Positions 18,824 through 27,520 of a stretch of 64,000 bases of DNA are shown in pieces. Each line of letters begins with the position of its first letter. The stretch's first letter is position 1. The position numbers and the translations under genes are program-made. Source of the stretch: a virus; the IMG/VR virus record IMGVR_UViG_3300035001_000006, positions 8,823-72,822 of that record, one strand, 5' to 3'. The notes under the pieces are model-generated. The model worked only from the letters and a program-made list of their open reading frames with translations. It was not told the origin of the DNA and made no database searches.

Positions 18824-20399
18824 CCCGCTTCACCGCCGGAGCCTTATTTTTGGAGTTGTCCGGCTCTTTGCCTTTGTTGCTCTTGGGTGCATCCGAAGTC
18901 AAGCTCTGGTTGAGTGCGCCGGTCGTGCTCTCGGGCGCAGCGGTCGGATCGGCCGCGCCGGCCTTGAAGAAGGTGCCGCTGAGCTTCTGCGCTCCAGCCG
19001 GCGGCAGATGGCCTGTGAGCTTGATCGAGGCCTCTTCGTCCGAAATCAAGCCGATGGAGAGTTGTTCGAGCACGCGGGATTGCTTCATCGCGCGGAAGGC
19101 CTCGAGCTCGCTGTCGGGCCGCAGGTCCACGCGGTCGAAGCCGAAGACGACGTAGACGTCGTGACCGAGCAGGCGCACGCCCAGAGTGAGCGCGCGCGAG
19201 ATGATCGAGTTGACCTTGTTCTGTACGCCCTCGCAATATCGCGCAAACAGGGCACTTTCGGTCGATGCCACGTTCTGCGAGCCCGATCCGTGACCGAGCA
19301 CGGCCGGCGGAGCCTTGGCGCCCGTGGCCATCTTGGCGTTGTTGATCGCCTGAATGACCTCGTACTCCTTGTTCAGCGTGACGTTCCCGTTGTTCAGGTA
19401 GTCGAATTCAACCGAGTCGAAGTGCACCAGCGCGTCGTCGGGCTCGAGCCCGTTGACGGTGTCCGAGACTGCCTGGATGAAGGCGTCTGTCCACTCCTGC
19501 ATCTTCTCGGCATCGCCAGTGATCTCCGGCGGCATCGAGTCCCTGAACTTCTCGAAGTCAATCTTCGCGTCCAGGCGCGGATGCAGAGACCTTTTGATAA
19601 CACGGCGCACGTCGTTCTGGAATTCCGTGTCGGCAAGCACCGCTTGCAGCGCGGCCTCCATTGGCGAGTCGGAATAGGCCTGCAGCAGGTCCTGGTCCAG
19701 CGCCTCGTAGAAGAACGTCGGGATGTCCAGCGGGATGTCGCCGACGGTCGCCTTCTGCACCGGGTAGGTGTAGCCGGTGGCGTCCTCCATGAACTCGATC
19801 TGCGTCGTGGAGACGGGCACAAGTCGGTTCGGCAGGCGGGCCTTGTCGAGCACCAGCTCGAGCGAGCACGAGCCGTACAGGCGCAGCTCCTTCGTCAGCG
19901 ACTCGGCCACCGAGTGCACGGAGGAGACGCCGCTGAAGCCGTCGACATAGTCGGTCAGGTAGTTAAAGCGTGCGAGCAGCTGTTGCACCGCGGCCGTCGC
20001 CTCCGGGTTCGGCGTGCCGTCTTCGTTGCGCGCCACCGCAGTGAAGTCGCGCGTGACGACCATGCGCTGGTAGGCCCAGACGCTCGCCGACAGGTCGGGA
20101 GACACCTGGGCCAGGTCGTGGATCGTCGACTTGGTGCTCGTGCCATTGCGCAGCGTGAGCAGGTCGAGGTTGGCCGTGCGCCGGTCGGTCGCCGTCAGGC
20201 GCTGGTCGCCGTTGGAGGTTCGCGAGCGCTTCGAGAAGCTCTGCTGCGCCTGCGGCTTTGTCGGAACCTTCGGCTCAACGATCGGCGGCAGCTGGCCGGC
20301 GCCAATCTTCTCGAGCGTGGGCTCGGCGCGCGTGGCGGCCGGCGCGCGCGAGGCGCGTCCGAACATGCCGGAGACGATTTTATTGAGGCCGAAACGCAT
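18816..20399 (-). CDS. Portal protein
   Basis: About 527 aa between terminase and protease; ELRLYGSCSLELV, AKAPPAVLGHGSGSQNVA. Start 20399 chosen from promoter geometry; 20366 is the alternative. Confidence 0.8.
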   Translation of the reverse strand: MRFGLNKIVSGMFGRASRAPAATRAEPTLEKIGAGQLPPIVEPKVPTKPQAQQSFSKRSRTSNGDQRLTATDRRTANLDLLTLRNGTSTKSTIHDLAQVSPDLSASVWAYQRMVVTRDFTAVARNEDGTPNPEATAAVQQLLARFNYLTDYVDGFSGVSSVHSVAESLTKELRLYGSCSLELVLDKARLPNRLVPVSTTQIEFMEDATGYTYPVQKATVGDIPLDIPTFFYEALDQDLLQAYSDSPMEAALQAVLADTEFQNDVRRVIKRSLHPRLDAKIDFEKFRDSMPPEITGDAEKMQEWTDAFIQAVSDTVNGLEPDDALVHFDSVEFDYLNNGNVTLNKEYEVIQAINNAKMATGAKAPPAVLGHGSGSQNVASTESALFARYCEGVQNKVNSIISRALTLGVRLLGHDVYVVFGFDRVDLRPDSELEAFRAMKQSRVLEQLSIGLISDEEASIKLTGHLPPAGAQKLSGTFFKAGAADPTAAPESTTGALNQSLTSDAPKSNKGKEPDNSKNKAPAVKRVK

Positions 20400-20406
20400 G
20401 GGCGGC

Positions 20407-20441
20407 AGACTGGGGGCCTGCCGCCAGGAATGGAATCCCCC
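20407..20441 (-). promoter_or_regulatory. Putative late promoter C (GGGGGATT-N21-CAGTCT), leaderless into the portal
   Basis: The -10-like hexamer is followed 7 nt later by ATG 20399. Confidence 0.6.
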
Positions 20442-20490
20442 GGTGGATAAGCTGCGTCGATAAAATCCGGGCCCAAACAACGGAGACGAC

Positions 20491-20931
20491 ATGAATACCG
20501 AAGGCGTCAACGCACATCATGTGCTGGTCAACTGGCTAGAGGAAGCCGAAAGCAAGAGTCGCGCGTTTGCCGCGCACTTGGCTGAAGCAAGGCAGGGCGC
20601 GCTCACGTACGGTACCCTGCGGACGGTAAACGGAGAGATCCGCGTCACCGTTTTCGGCCACGAGTGCATCGCTTCGCCGCGGACCGTCATAGCAGATGAG
20701 GTCTACGTCGAGTACGAGTTCGTCGTGCATTACCGAGGCACGGACTATCCAATCGCCTGCCTCTACGTTGGGATGCGTGGGCGGCTTCACACTGGTGCCT
20801 CTAAGGACTCGGATGTCATGGACACGGGCAACATCTACGCTGACCGTGCGATCATCAACATGGTGGCGGACGGCCTACGGCGATCTGTGGTTTTCCAACC
20901 GACATCCGGTCAACCCCGTCCAGCTGCCTGA
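20491..20931 (+). CDS. Hypothetical protein (moron between terminase and portal)
   Basis: 146 aa; RBS GGAGA; opposite strand to the operon; AT-richer codons. Confidence 0.7.
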   Translation: MNTEGVNAHHVLVNWLEEAESKSRAFAAHLAEARQGALTYGTLRTVNGEIRVTVFGHECIASPRTVIADEVYVEYEFVVHYRGTDYPIACLYVGMRGRLHTGASKDSDVMDTGNIYADRAIINMVADGLRRSVVFQPTSGQPRPAA

Positions 20932-22647
20932 TCAGCCCATCCCCGTGCCGGTCCTCTTGCCGGCAGGCGGCTTAAGCTTGAACGAGCCGACCATCGGCGC
21001 CATGCCGAAGCCGCGCGACGCGGCCACCCGGATCTGCGCAGCCAGCCACGTGTAGAGCAGCGCGTAGTGGAAGTGGTCGTCGCCATTGCTCGGCTTGTTC
21101 CACACCGACAGCTGCCCGTCCTCGGTCACCTTCTTCGAGCGCTTCGACGCCGTCATCTGCGCCTTGATGTCCGGCGCATCCGCGGTCTTGCGGATCAGGA
21201 TCTTGCCCGCGCGCAGCTCATCGAGCAGCAGGTCAAGGGCGGCGTGCTTGTTGACCGAGATCTGGCGCAGCGCCGTCTTGCCCTCTTTCTCGTTCTCCTC
21301 GCGCGACACCGTGTCGTAGATCGCGATGCCCTTCTTCGTGACGAAGTAGGCGGCGAACAGGTTCCGATCGGTCTGCTGCAGGTTCAGCAGCGTCTCGACG
21401 TACGGCTGTGCGTCAAGCACCTTGGACGTGACCCGGTACTGGCGCGAGAGCTCGGCGTAGCGGCGGCGGAAGTCGCCGATCGGGATCTGCTCGGTGTGCA
21501 CGATCACCAGCTCTTCCTTCGAGGTGATGCCGGCCACGAAGAGTCGGCACACCAGTCCCATGTCGCCGCCGATAACGTGCGTCGAGAACGGCGACGCCTC
21601 CATCTCGATCATCGCGTTGTCGACGTCCTGCGGCGTGATGCCGGAGTCGGCGTCCTCCGCCGTGAGGCCCAGGTTGAAATTGACAAAGTCCGCCCAGCGC
21701 GCGTAGCTCGTGCTGGCCTGCACCAGGTAGGAAGTCGGGATCACGTTCGGCGCGTCGAACGGCTGCACCTGGTAGCCGGCCGCCAGGTGGTTCTCGAGCG
21801 AGTTCTCCACTACCCACTCTCGGTTCTCCGGCTGCAGGCTCGGCGCGCGGCCGCAGTGCGGGCACAGCAGCACCGCCTCTTCCCAGCGGATGCGCGCGAG
21901 CGTCGCCTTCGTGATCCTGCGCAGCTCGTCGTCGTAGCCCGGGATCTTCACGTGCTCCAGGTAGCTCGGGCAGAACTGGTGGCCACAGTGGTGGCACTTC
22001 ACGAAGTTCCAGTGCCGGCGGCTGTCCTGGAACGCGGCGTCGATCGGATCGCCCGGGTAGGTCGGCGTCGACAGGTAGGTGCGGATCTTGTGCTGCGAGT
22101 GCGTCAAGCGCGACTGGAACTGGCCCGCGATGTCCTGGTTTGCGAAGCTGTACTCGTCGAAGATGACTGCGTCGGCCGCCACAGAGATCGCCGCGGTGTC
22201 CGAGCTCGCGCCGCGGAAGTAGAGGAAGCCGCCGGCCCCCAGCTGCTTCACCTCGGCCGAGTCCGCACCGTCGCTGTTGCGCACGGCCGACCGAAGGAAC
22301 GGCGATCCGTTGATGATCGGGTTCAGCCGCGTCTTGACGTACATCTGGCTGAACGACGCCGTCGGGAAGACGTAGATCAGGCTGAAGTTCTGCATGATCG
22401 ACACCAGGCCGAGCGCCAGGCGCAGCGAGGTCTCGGACATGCCCACCTGCGAGCACTTGCGGATGACGATGATCTGCGACTCGTCGCTGAGGATCCGCTC
22501 CTGGAACTCGTGGTCCTTGAAGCTGTAGGGCTTGCCGTTGATGAAGGTCTCGGTCTCGACCCACTTTGCAAGGTCCTTGCGCGTCAGCTTCCCGGACGTG
22601 GCCATCCGGATGCGCTGGACATGCCGTTTCCAAAGCTCGTCGCTCAC
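20932..22647 (-). CDS. terL: Terminase large subunit (GpA-like)
   Basis: IRKCSQVGMSE (Walker A variant), AVIFDEY (Walker B), STPT, CHHCG and CPHCG Zn motifs, IGGDMG and DDHFHYA nuclease motifs. Confidence 0.9.
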   Translation of the reverse strand: MSDELWKRHVQRIRMATSGKLTRKDLAKWVETETFINGKPYSFKDHEFQERILSDESQIIVIRKCSQVGMSETSLRLALGLVSIMQNFSLIYVFPTASFSQMYVKTRLNPIINGSPFLRSAVRNSDGADSAEVKQLGAGGFLYFRGASSDTAAISVAADAVIFDEYSFANQDIAGQFQSRLTHSQHKIRTYLSTPTYPGDPIDAAFQDSRRHWNFVKCHHCGHQFCPSYLEHVKIPGYDDELRRITKATLARIRWEEAVLLCPHCGRAPSLQPENREWVVENSLENHLAAGYQVQPFDAPNVIPTSYLVQASTSYARWADFVNFNLGLTAEDADSGITPQDVDNAMIEMEASPFSTHVIGGDMGLVCRLFVAGITSKEELVIVHTEQIPIGDFRRRYAELSRQYRVTSKVLDAQPYVETLLNLQQTDRNLFAAYFVTKKGIAIYDTVSREENEKEGKTALRQISVNKHAALDLLLDELRAGKILIRKTADAPDIKAQMTASKRSKKVTEDGQLSVWNKPSNGDDHFHYALLYTWLAAQIRVAASRGFGMAPMVGSFKLKPPAGKRTGTGMG

Positions 22648-23090
22648 CGCGGCGCCCCGCCTTCACCTGCCTCGTACAGCTCGAGGAACTTCGCCTGCGC
22701 CACGGTTGGCAGCTGCTGCAGCGACTCGATCAGGTAGCCCTCGATTCGCTTCAGCCGCTCGCTCGTGTAGAGCTCGGCCTGCAGCTTCGCGAGCTGCGCG
22801 ATGATCGCGGCGACGGCGTTCGCCACCTGCGCGCGCTGGTTGGCGGGAGTGTCCGCGTCCTTGAGCACGTCCGACTGCAGGCGCTGGGTCTGCAGCATCT
22901 GCAGCACCAGCTCTCGGTTCAGGTCGACGTCGGCCAGGTCCTTGACGGGCAGCTTTTCGTCGATCTGCGCGCGCAGCTCGAGCAATTCCGCCACCGGCAT
23001 GCCGGTCAGGTCGACCTGCAGGCTATGGGTGGGCGTCGCGGTTCGGAAAAATCCGCCGGCCGAAGCCGGCGGGAGTGCTGGGAGAGCCAT
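22644..23090 (-). CDS. Putative terminase small subunit
   Basis: 148 aa helical protein overlapping the terL start; first gene of the late operon. Confidence 0.55.
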   Translation of the reverse strand: MALPALPPASAGGFFRTATPTHSLQVDLTGMPVAELLELRAQIDEKLPVKDLADVDLNRELVLQMLQTQRLQSDVLKDADTPANQRAQVANAVAAIIAQLAKLQAELYTSERLKRIEGYLIESLQQLPTVAQAKFLELYEAGEGGAPR

Positions 23091-23129
23091 GGAGCCAGGC
23101 CGCTTGAGCGGCTCTTGTTGTTGGCTCCG

Positions 23130-23165
23130 AAACTAGGGGTTCGAGCATAGAAGAGTCAATCCCCC
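23130..23165 (-). promoter_or_regulatory. Putative late promoter D (GGGGGATT-N22-TAGTTT; includes TTGACT -35)
   Basis: Upstream of the first packaging gene; matches the signature. Confidence 0.6.
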
Positions 23166-23250
23166 GGATCCAAGTGATCGAAACGGACTACTGCGGAGTG
23201 GGGGGCCCGAGTACCATCGCGGTTACATTGGGTTGCGAGGAGACGTACAC

Positions 23251-24531
23251 ATGCATGAGAAGTTCCAGCCGATCGTTGACGCCTTGGCAAGTTTGGCCGA
23301 AACGGTAAAAGCCTCAACAACAGAAACGCGCTCGGCTCAGGAGATATCGAACGCCTGGAATTTCCCGGCTCTTGATAAGCATGACCTGATGAACAGGGCC
23401 AACATGCTTGCCTCGCTCGTGCGGGCGCGAGCCCCCGACGAGGACACGGAGGAGTCAGTGGACGTGGCAGTAGTAGTGTCCAGGATCAAGTTGCTCCAAT
23501 CCCAGACAGTGCCATATTGCTTCAACGGCCATGGGAACGTTGCCATTCCCGCTTTCATGACGACGCTCGATGGCATGCAGGCATGGATGGAAGCCTCTTG
23601 GCCCACTCGTGAGTCATTAGACCCAAGCTCATTCCCTGCAAAACTTGCCCGGCAGGCACGCGCCGCGAAATCGCGCCTAGACTCTGTTTTAGAAGGGCTT
23701 GACGATCTTGATCACCGACTGGAGTCTATCGTTGCCGCGCATCAAGCGGCCGAGGCTTTACCGACGGACCTGGAAGAACTTAAGCAGTTGCGACTCACCC
23801 TTGTTGCTCTCAATGGCCAATCCACTGCAGACTCTCAGGCAATTGGCGAGAAGCGAGAACTGGTGCAAAAGTCCTTGGAAGCGATTCAAGAAGATGAAAG
23901 AACGGCTCAACAGCTCGTCTCAAATTGCGGGGAGGCGTACCGCATTACGACAACGAAGGGTTTAGCAAGCGCCTTCGACCAGCGTGCAAACTCCCTCGCG
24001 GTTTCAGTACGAATTTGGGTTGGAGGTCTGGTAGTAGCATTATTGGCTGTCGCGCTCATTGGACACAATCGCGTCACTGCGTTGAGTGCCCTTTTAGAAA
24101 GCGAGCCGCGGTGGGGCGCGGTTCTTTTGAATTTTCTACTCTCGGCTATCAGTGTCGGCGCCCCCCTTTGGTTCGCATGGGTTGCAACGAAACAGATTGG
24201 CCAGCGCTTTCGCCTTTCCGAGGACTATGGGTTTAAAGCAAGCGTCGCGAAGGCATACGAAGGCTATCGACGGGAGGCGGTGCGTATCGATCCTGAGTTC
24301 GAAGCTCAGCTATTCGGAATCGCGCTCAGCCGATTGGACGAGGAACCCCTCCGACTTGTGGAAACGGAGTCTCACGGAAGTCCTTGGCACGAAATGCTTG
24401 ATGCAGCTCAGCGCGTGCCGGGTTTCAAGGAGAAAGTCACTCAGCTAGCCAAGGATGCTCTCCGCAAGAAAGACGTAGCGTCGAGGGGAGTGACACCGGA
24501 GTCAAGTCCAGCCGATTCGACACCCGCTTGA
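23251..24531 (+). CDS. Coiled-coil membrane protein (moron)
   Basis: Long helical/coiled-coil N-region, two hydrophobic segments (IWVGGLVVALLAVALIG; VLLNFLLSAISVGAPLWFAWVA), then RLSEDYGFKASVAKAYEGY; visibly lower GC. Start ATG at 23251 (RBS GAGGAG). Confidence 0.75.
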   Translation: MHEKFQPIVDALASLAETVKASTTETRSAQEISNAWNFPALDKHDLMNRANMLASLVRARAPDEDTEESVDVAVVVSRIKLLQSQTVPYCFNGHGNVAIPAFMTTLDGMQAWMEASWPTRESLDPSSFPAKLARQARAAKSRLDSVLEGLDDLDHRLESIVAAHQAAEALPTDLEELKQLRLTLVALNGQSTADSQAIGEKRELVQKSLEAIQEDERTAQQLVSNCGEAYRITTTKGLASAFDQRANSLAVSVRIWVGGLVVALLAVALIGHNRVTALSALLESEPRWGAVLLNFLLSAISVGAPLWFAWVATKQIGQRFRLSEDYGFKASVAKAYEGYRREAVRIDPEFEAQLFGIALSRLDEEPLRLVETESHGSPWHEMLDAAQRVPGFKEKVTQLAKDALRKKDVASRGVTPESSPADSTPA

Positions 24532-24556
24532 GAGTTTCCCCTCGTTGGCAGTGCAT

Positions 24557-25366
24557 TTAATCGACCCACATGCCAATGACGGTCCCGAGCACCTTGAACT
24601 CCTCGCGGATGGGCTCGTGCTGGGGGTTCAGTGGCATCAGCCACTGCCGTCCGTCCTCGTTTTTGTAGACCTTGAATGTCACCTCGTCGGTGCCCTCGAG
24701 CTTGGCAATGATCCGATCGCCGTTGTCGGGCGCGCGCTTCTCAGGATCGACGTAGATCAGGCTCCCTTCTGGGTAGCTGCGCTTCGCGCCACTCGGCGCG
24801 GTCATGCTGTCACCGCGCACACGAAGGACGTACGAGCTCGCGCTCATCGCTTTCGGGCTGGCGTACCACCCTTCCGCGTCGCCCGGCTGCAGATAGTCGT
24901 TCGCCGCGTCCCACTTGCCCGCACGGATCCACGAAATCAGCGGGAGCATGCGGATTTGGCTCGGGCCCGGAGAAACGTTCGTACGGGCACCTTCTGCCGC
25001 GTCCTGAACTTCGTCATCCGGGGTGTTTCTCTGGCCCTTGTGACCGCTTGGATAGGCCTTCTTCACGTGGTTCCGAACCGTCCCTTCAGACATCCCGAAC
25101 GCATTTGCAACGGAGGCGATGTTCTGACCTGCCATCACGGCCTTCACATGGTCCGACTCCCGTAGCTCTTCCATCGTGTACGTGGGGCGCTGCCTGATCT
25201 TCCCCGCGGCCAGAGCCTCCGCATAGGCTGGATCAGCAATGATCAGCCGGCGCAGCTCCGTCGGATCAACTTTCGCAGCTTTAGCCTGAGAATTTATGGA
25301 TAGACCGTCACGAATGACAGCTTGGACATAGGGTGAAAGGTCTTTTGCAGTCATGCGCGCCATCAT
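24557..25366 (-). CDS. CI/LexA-type repressor: S24 autopeptidase with two HTH-like units
   Basis: Ala-Gly cleavage site (IRAGKW), catalytic Ser (RVRGDSM) and Lys (VTFKVY); HTHs SINSQAKAAKVDPTELRRLI and NIASVANAFGMSEGTVRNHV; divergent from the early operon. Confidence 0.9.
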   Translation of the reverse strand: MMARMTAKDLSPYVQAVIRDGLSINSQAKAAKVDPTELRRLIIADPAYAEALAAGKIRQRPTYTMEELRESDHVKAVMAGQNIASVANAFGMSEGTVRNHVKKAYPSGHKGQRNTPDDEVQDAAEGARTNVSPGPSQIRMLPLISWIRAGKWDAANDYLQPGDAEGWYASPKAMSASSYVLRVRGDSMTAPSGAKRSYPEGSLIYVDPEKRAPDNGDRIIAKLEGTDEVTFKVYKNEDGRQWLMPLNPQHEPIREEFKVLGTVIGMWVD

Positions 25367-25547
25367 AGACTACTTTTGACAAATATAGACAAAAGTTCAG
25401 AAAAATCTTACCCGTTTAGTGGGCACCTGGAGCCCAAGCGATCGCCGTCTAACAGAAAAAAGCCTACCCGTCAACGCTTTGGACAAAACGCAACGCCATA
25501 GACACGGCGCAAAAATACCGTCTAAGTTGTTGTCATGGGTTGTCTAA
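25365..25547. promoter_or_regulatory. Immunity / control region with repeated GTCTA(A/T) half-sites
   Basis: ATAGAC at 25365, 25385 and 25498; GTCTAA at 25447, 25520 and 25542; TAGAC-N16-GTCTA at 25499-25524 abuts the early promoter. Confidence 0.5.
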
Positions 25548-25558
25548 CGTGACATAAT
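25530..25558 (+). promoter_or_regulatory. Sigma70-type early promoter TTGTCA-N17-CATAAT
   Basis: Near-consensus hexamers with 17-nt spacing, upstream of the first rightward gene. Confidence 0.7.
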
Positions 25559-25585
25559 CTGTGAATGGGTTAGGCGATCGTGCCT

Positions 25586-25689
25586 CCCACGGCCCGCAAG
25601 GGTCTTGTTCTTCCCGTGGGCCATGCCGGCAAACCGTCGGCATGCGCTCCACCCTTGCTAAAGCCCTTGTCGGGGCCTAAGGGCGGAGC
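25586..25689 (+). ncRNA. Structured 5' leader of the early transcript (putative)
   Basis: Stems CCCACGG/CCGTGGG with an internal CCC-GCAA-GGG, CATGCCG/CGGCATG, and nested GCTCC/GGAGC, CCCTT/AAGGG, GCCC/GGGC. Confidence 0.45.
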
Positions 25690-25764
25690 TTTGTCCGGAG
25701 CGTTTTGCTCAATGACCGACCCCCTACATATCTTCAAGATAAGTAGCAGCAAAGGAAAAAGAGA

Positions 25765-26568
25765 ATGTCCAAAGCCATTATCGCGGCTCCGGCTCAAAAG
25801 GCCATCAATGCCACCCGTGCCGATCTCGAAAGCGCAACCCTCTCGACCATCGCAGCCGCCTGCGGCGCCGCCGGTGCGAACCTCTCGGCCTTGAGCGGCG
25901 CCGCAAAGGCGCTGTCGGGCAGCGTGACCAAAGCCGTCCTGCGCGTCATCGCAAAGGAGCGCATCGGCGACGTGGTCGGCCCGCTGCGCGAAGCCATCGG
26001 CAACGCTGGCAAGGGCGTATCGAACCTCTCGACCATCCGCACGGCCGTGCTGAAGATGCGCGTTGCCTACGCTGAAGGCAAGGCCGAGGACGGCGCCGGC
26101 CCTGCCCTGCCCGTGTGGGAGACCGTCGCCGAAGCGAAGGAATCCGGCGACGCGGCAGTGACAGCGGCCGTCAGCGCGTGCATTGTCTACGCTGGCAAGA
26201 CGGATGCAGGCGTGCCCGTCGACCCGCGCGTCGACACTGCGACCCGCGATGCGCTCATGGCCCGCATCAACGATGCATGCGCCGAATTCGGGCTTTCCGA
26301 AGACAGCGCGGGTAAGGTGCGCGGCGTGTATTTCACGGCGCTGCAAAACATCGTCGCCGATGCCGAGCAAGCCAGCGAGACGGCCGCCGCTGATGCCGAA
26401 CAGGCGCAGCAGCAGGCAGAAGATGCCGCCATCGTGGCCGATGCGCATGCGCAATTGCTGGCCGAAGTGGAGACGCTGCGCCAGATCGCGGCCGAAGCGA
26501 AGCGCATTTTCGGCATCGAAACCGAATCCGAATTGCTGGCGGAGATGGCGATCACGGATGCGGCCTGA
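25765..26568 (+). CDS. Ala-rich hypothetical protein, first early gene
   Basis: 267 aa; strong purine-rich RBS; acidic coiled-coil C-terminus; no recognisable domain. Confidence 0.8.
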   Translation: MSKAIIAAPAQKAINATRADLESATLSTIAAACGAAGANLSALSGAAKALSGSVTKAVLRVIAKERIGDVVGPLREAIGNAGKGVSNLSTIRTAVLKMRVAYAEGKAEDGAGPALPVWETVAEAKESGDAAVTAAVSACIVYAGKTDAGVPVDPRVDTATRDALMARINDACAEFGLSEDSAGKVRGVYFTALQNIVADAEQASETAAADAEQAQQQAEDAAIVADAHAQLLAEVETLRQIAAEAKRIFGIETESELLAEMAITDAA

Positions 26569-26675
26569 ATCCGCGACGAAACCACCGACCGGGCCGCTGG
26601 CCTTGTCGGGGTTGCCGTGTGCGCTCATAGAGCGCAGACGACAGCCTTTCCCTTGGACGCGCATGGAGACCTGCG

Positions 26676-27218
26676 ATGAAGCAACCCCGCTTATTGACCG
26701 CCAACGGCAAAGCCAAAACGGCCAGCCCAAACGGTGGCCCTCGCAGTGGTTTCGAGGTGGTCGACAAACGGGGCTTTGTGCGCCTTGTTGGCAGCATGGC
26801 GACTGCACCTCAGAACGACGCCGGCATCTCGGACATATCTCCGAGATTTGAGGAGCGCGTCGACGGGGTCTGGCAGTCGGTCTCGTGGACGACGCTGAGC
26901 CAGATCCGCCGGCTGAAGACCGAGCGAGACCGCCGCGCCTTCTTCGCTGTGCGTGTGGGCCTGGTGCGTGAGCTGCCGGGGGACGCGCACGGGATCGTTG
27001 ACGGGGAGGCATGGTGCTGTCCGCGCGACTACGACCGCGCCCTGGACCGGGACCAGTTCCTGGCCAAGGCGCTCAAGGTGGGCTTGCTCTCTATTGGCGG
27101 GCGCACCTACAGGCTCCGGGAGATCCGGCCCGACACGATTCAGCTGAACCGCGCCGCGGGCAGCGTCAACTACACCCGCGAGGCGCTGCTCGAGAGCATC
27201 TCGAGCGGCTCAATCTGA
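26676..27218 (+). CDS. Hypothetical protein
   Basis: 180 aa; RBS GGAGA; phage-like codon usage in the C-half. Confidence 0.6.
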   Translation: MKQPRLLTANGKAKTASPNGGPRSGFEVVDKRGFVRLVGSMATAPQNDAGISDISPRFEERVDGVWQSVSWTTLSQIRRLKTERDRRAFFAVRVGLVRELPGDAHGIVDGEAWCCPRDYDRALDRDQFLAKALKVGLLSIGGRTYRLREIRPDTIQLNRAAGSVNYTREALLESISSGSI

Positions 27219-27233
27219 ACTGAGGAAACCGAC

Positions 27234-27518
27234 ATGGACGAGATCATCGACGCGCGCCCCGTCAACGTCATCAGGCTCGAGTTGGCCATTGCCAACGAGC
27301 GCCTGGCGATGTTCGGCCACGGTGCCGATGTCGATGGTCGCGACTACTGGCTCGCCAGCAACCGGGTCAACTGCCTGACCGATGAGCTGCTCGTTGCCGA
27401 GAGCGCTGCGCAGCGCATGGTCGAGGGCGTCGTGGCGAAGTGGATGCATCGCTATGGGCCCCGACAACGTCAGCGCGAATCGACATTGGTTCAGGACTGG
27501 ATCGAGGTTCTGGACTGA
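27234..27518 (+). CDS. Hypothetical protein
   Basis: 94 aa; RBS GAGGA. Confidence 0.65.
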   Translation: MDEIIDARPVNVIRLELAIANERLAMFGHGADVDGRDYWLASNRVNCLTDELLVAESAAQRMVEGVVAKWMHRYGPRQRQRESTLVQDWIEVLD

Positions 27519-27520
27519 GC

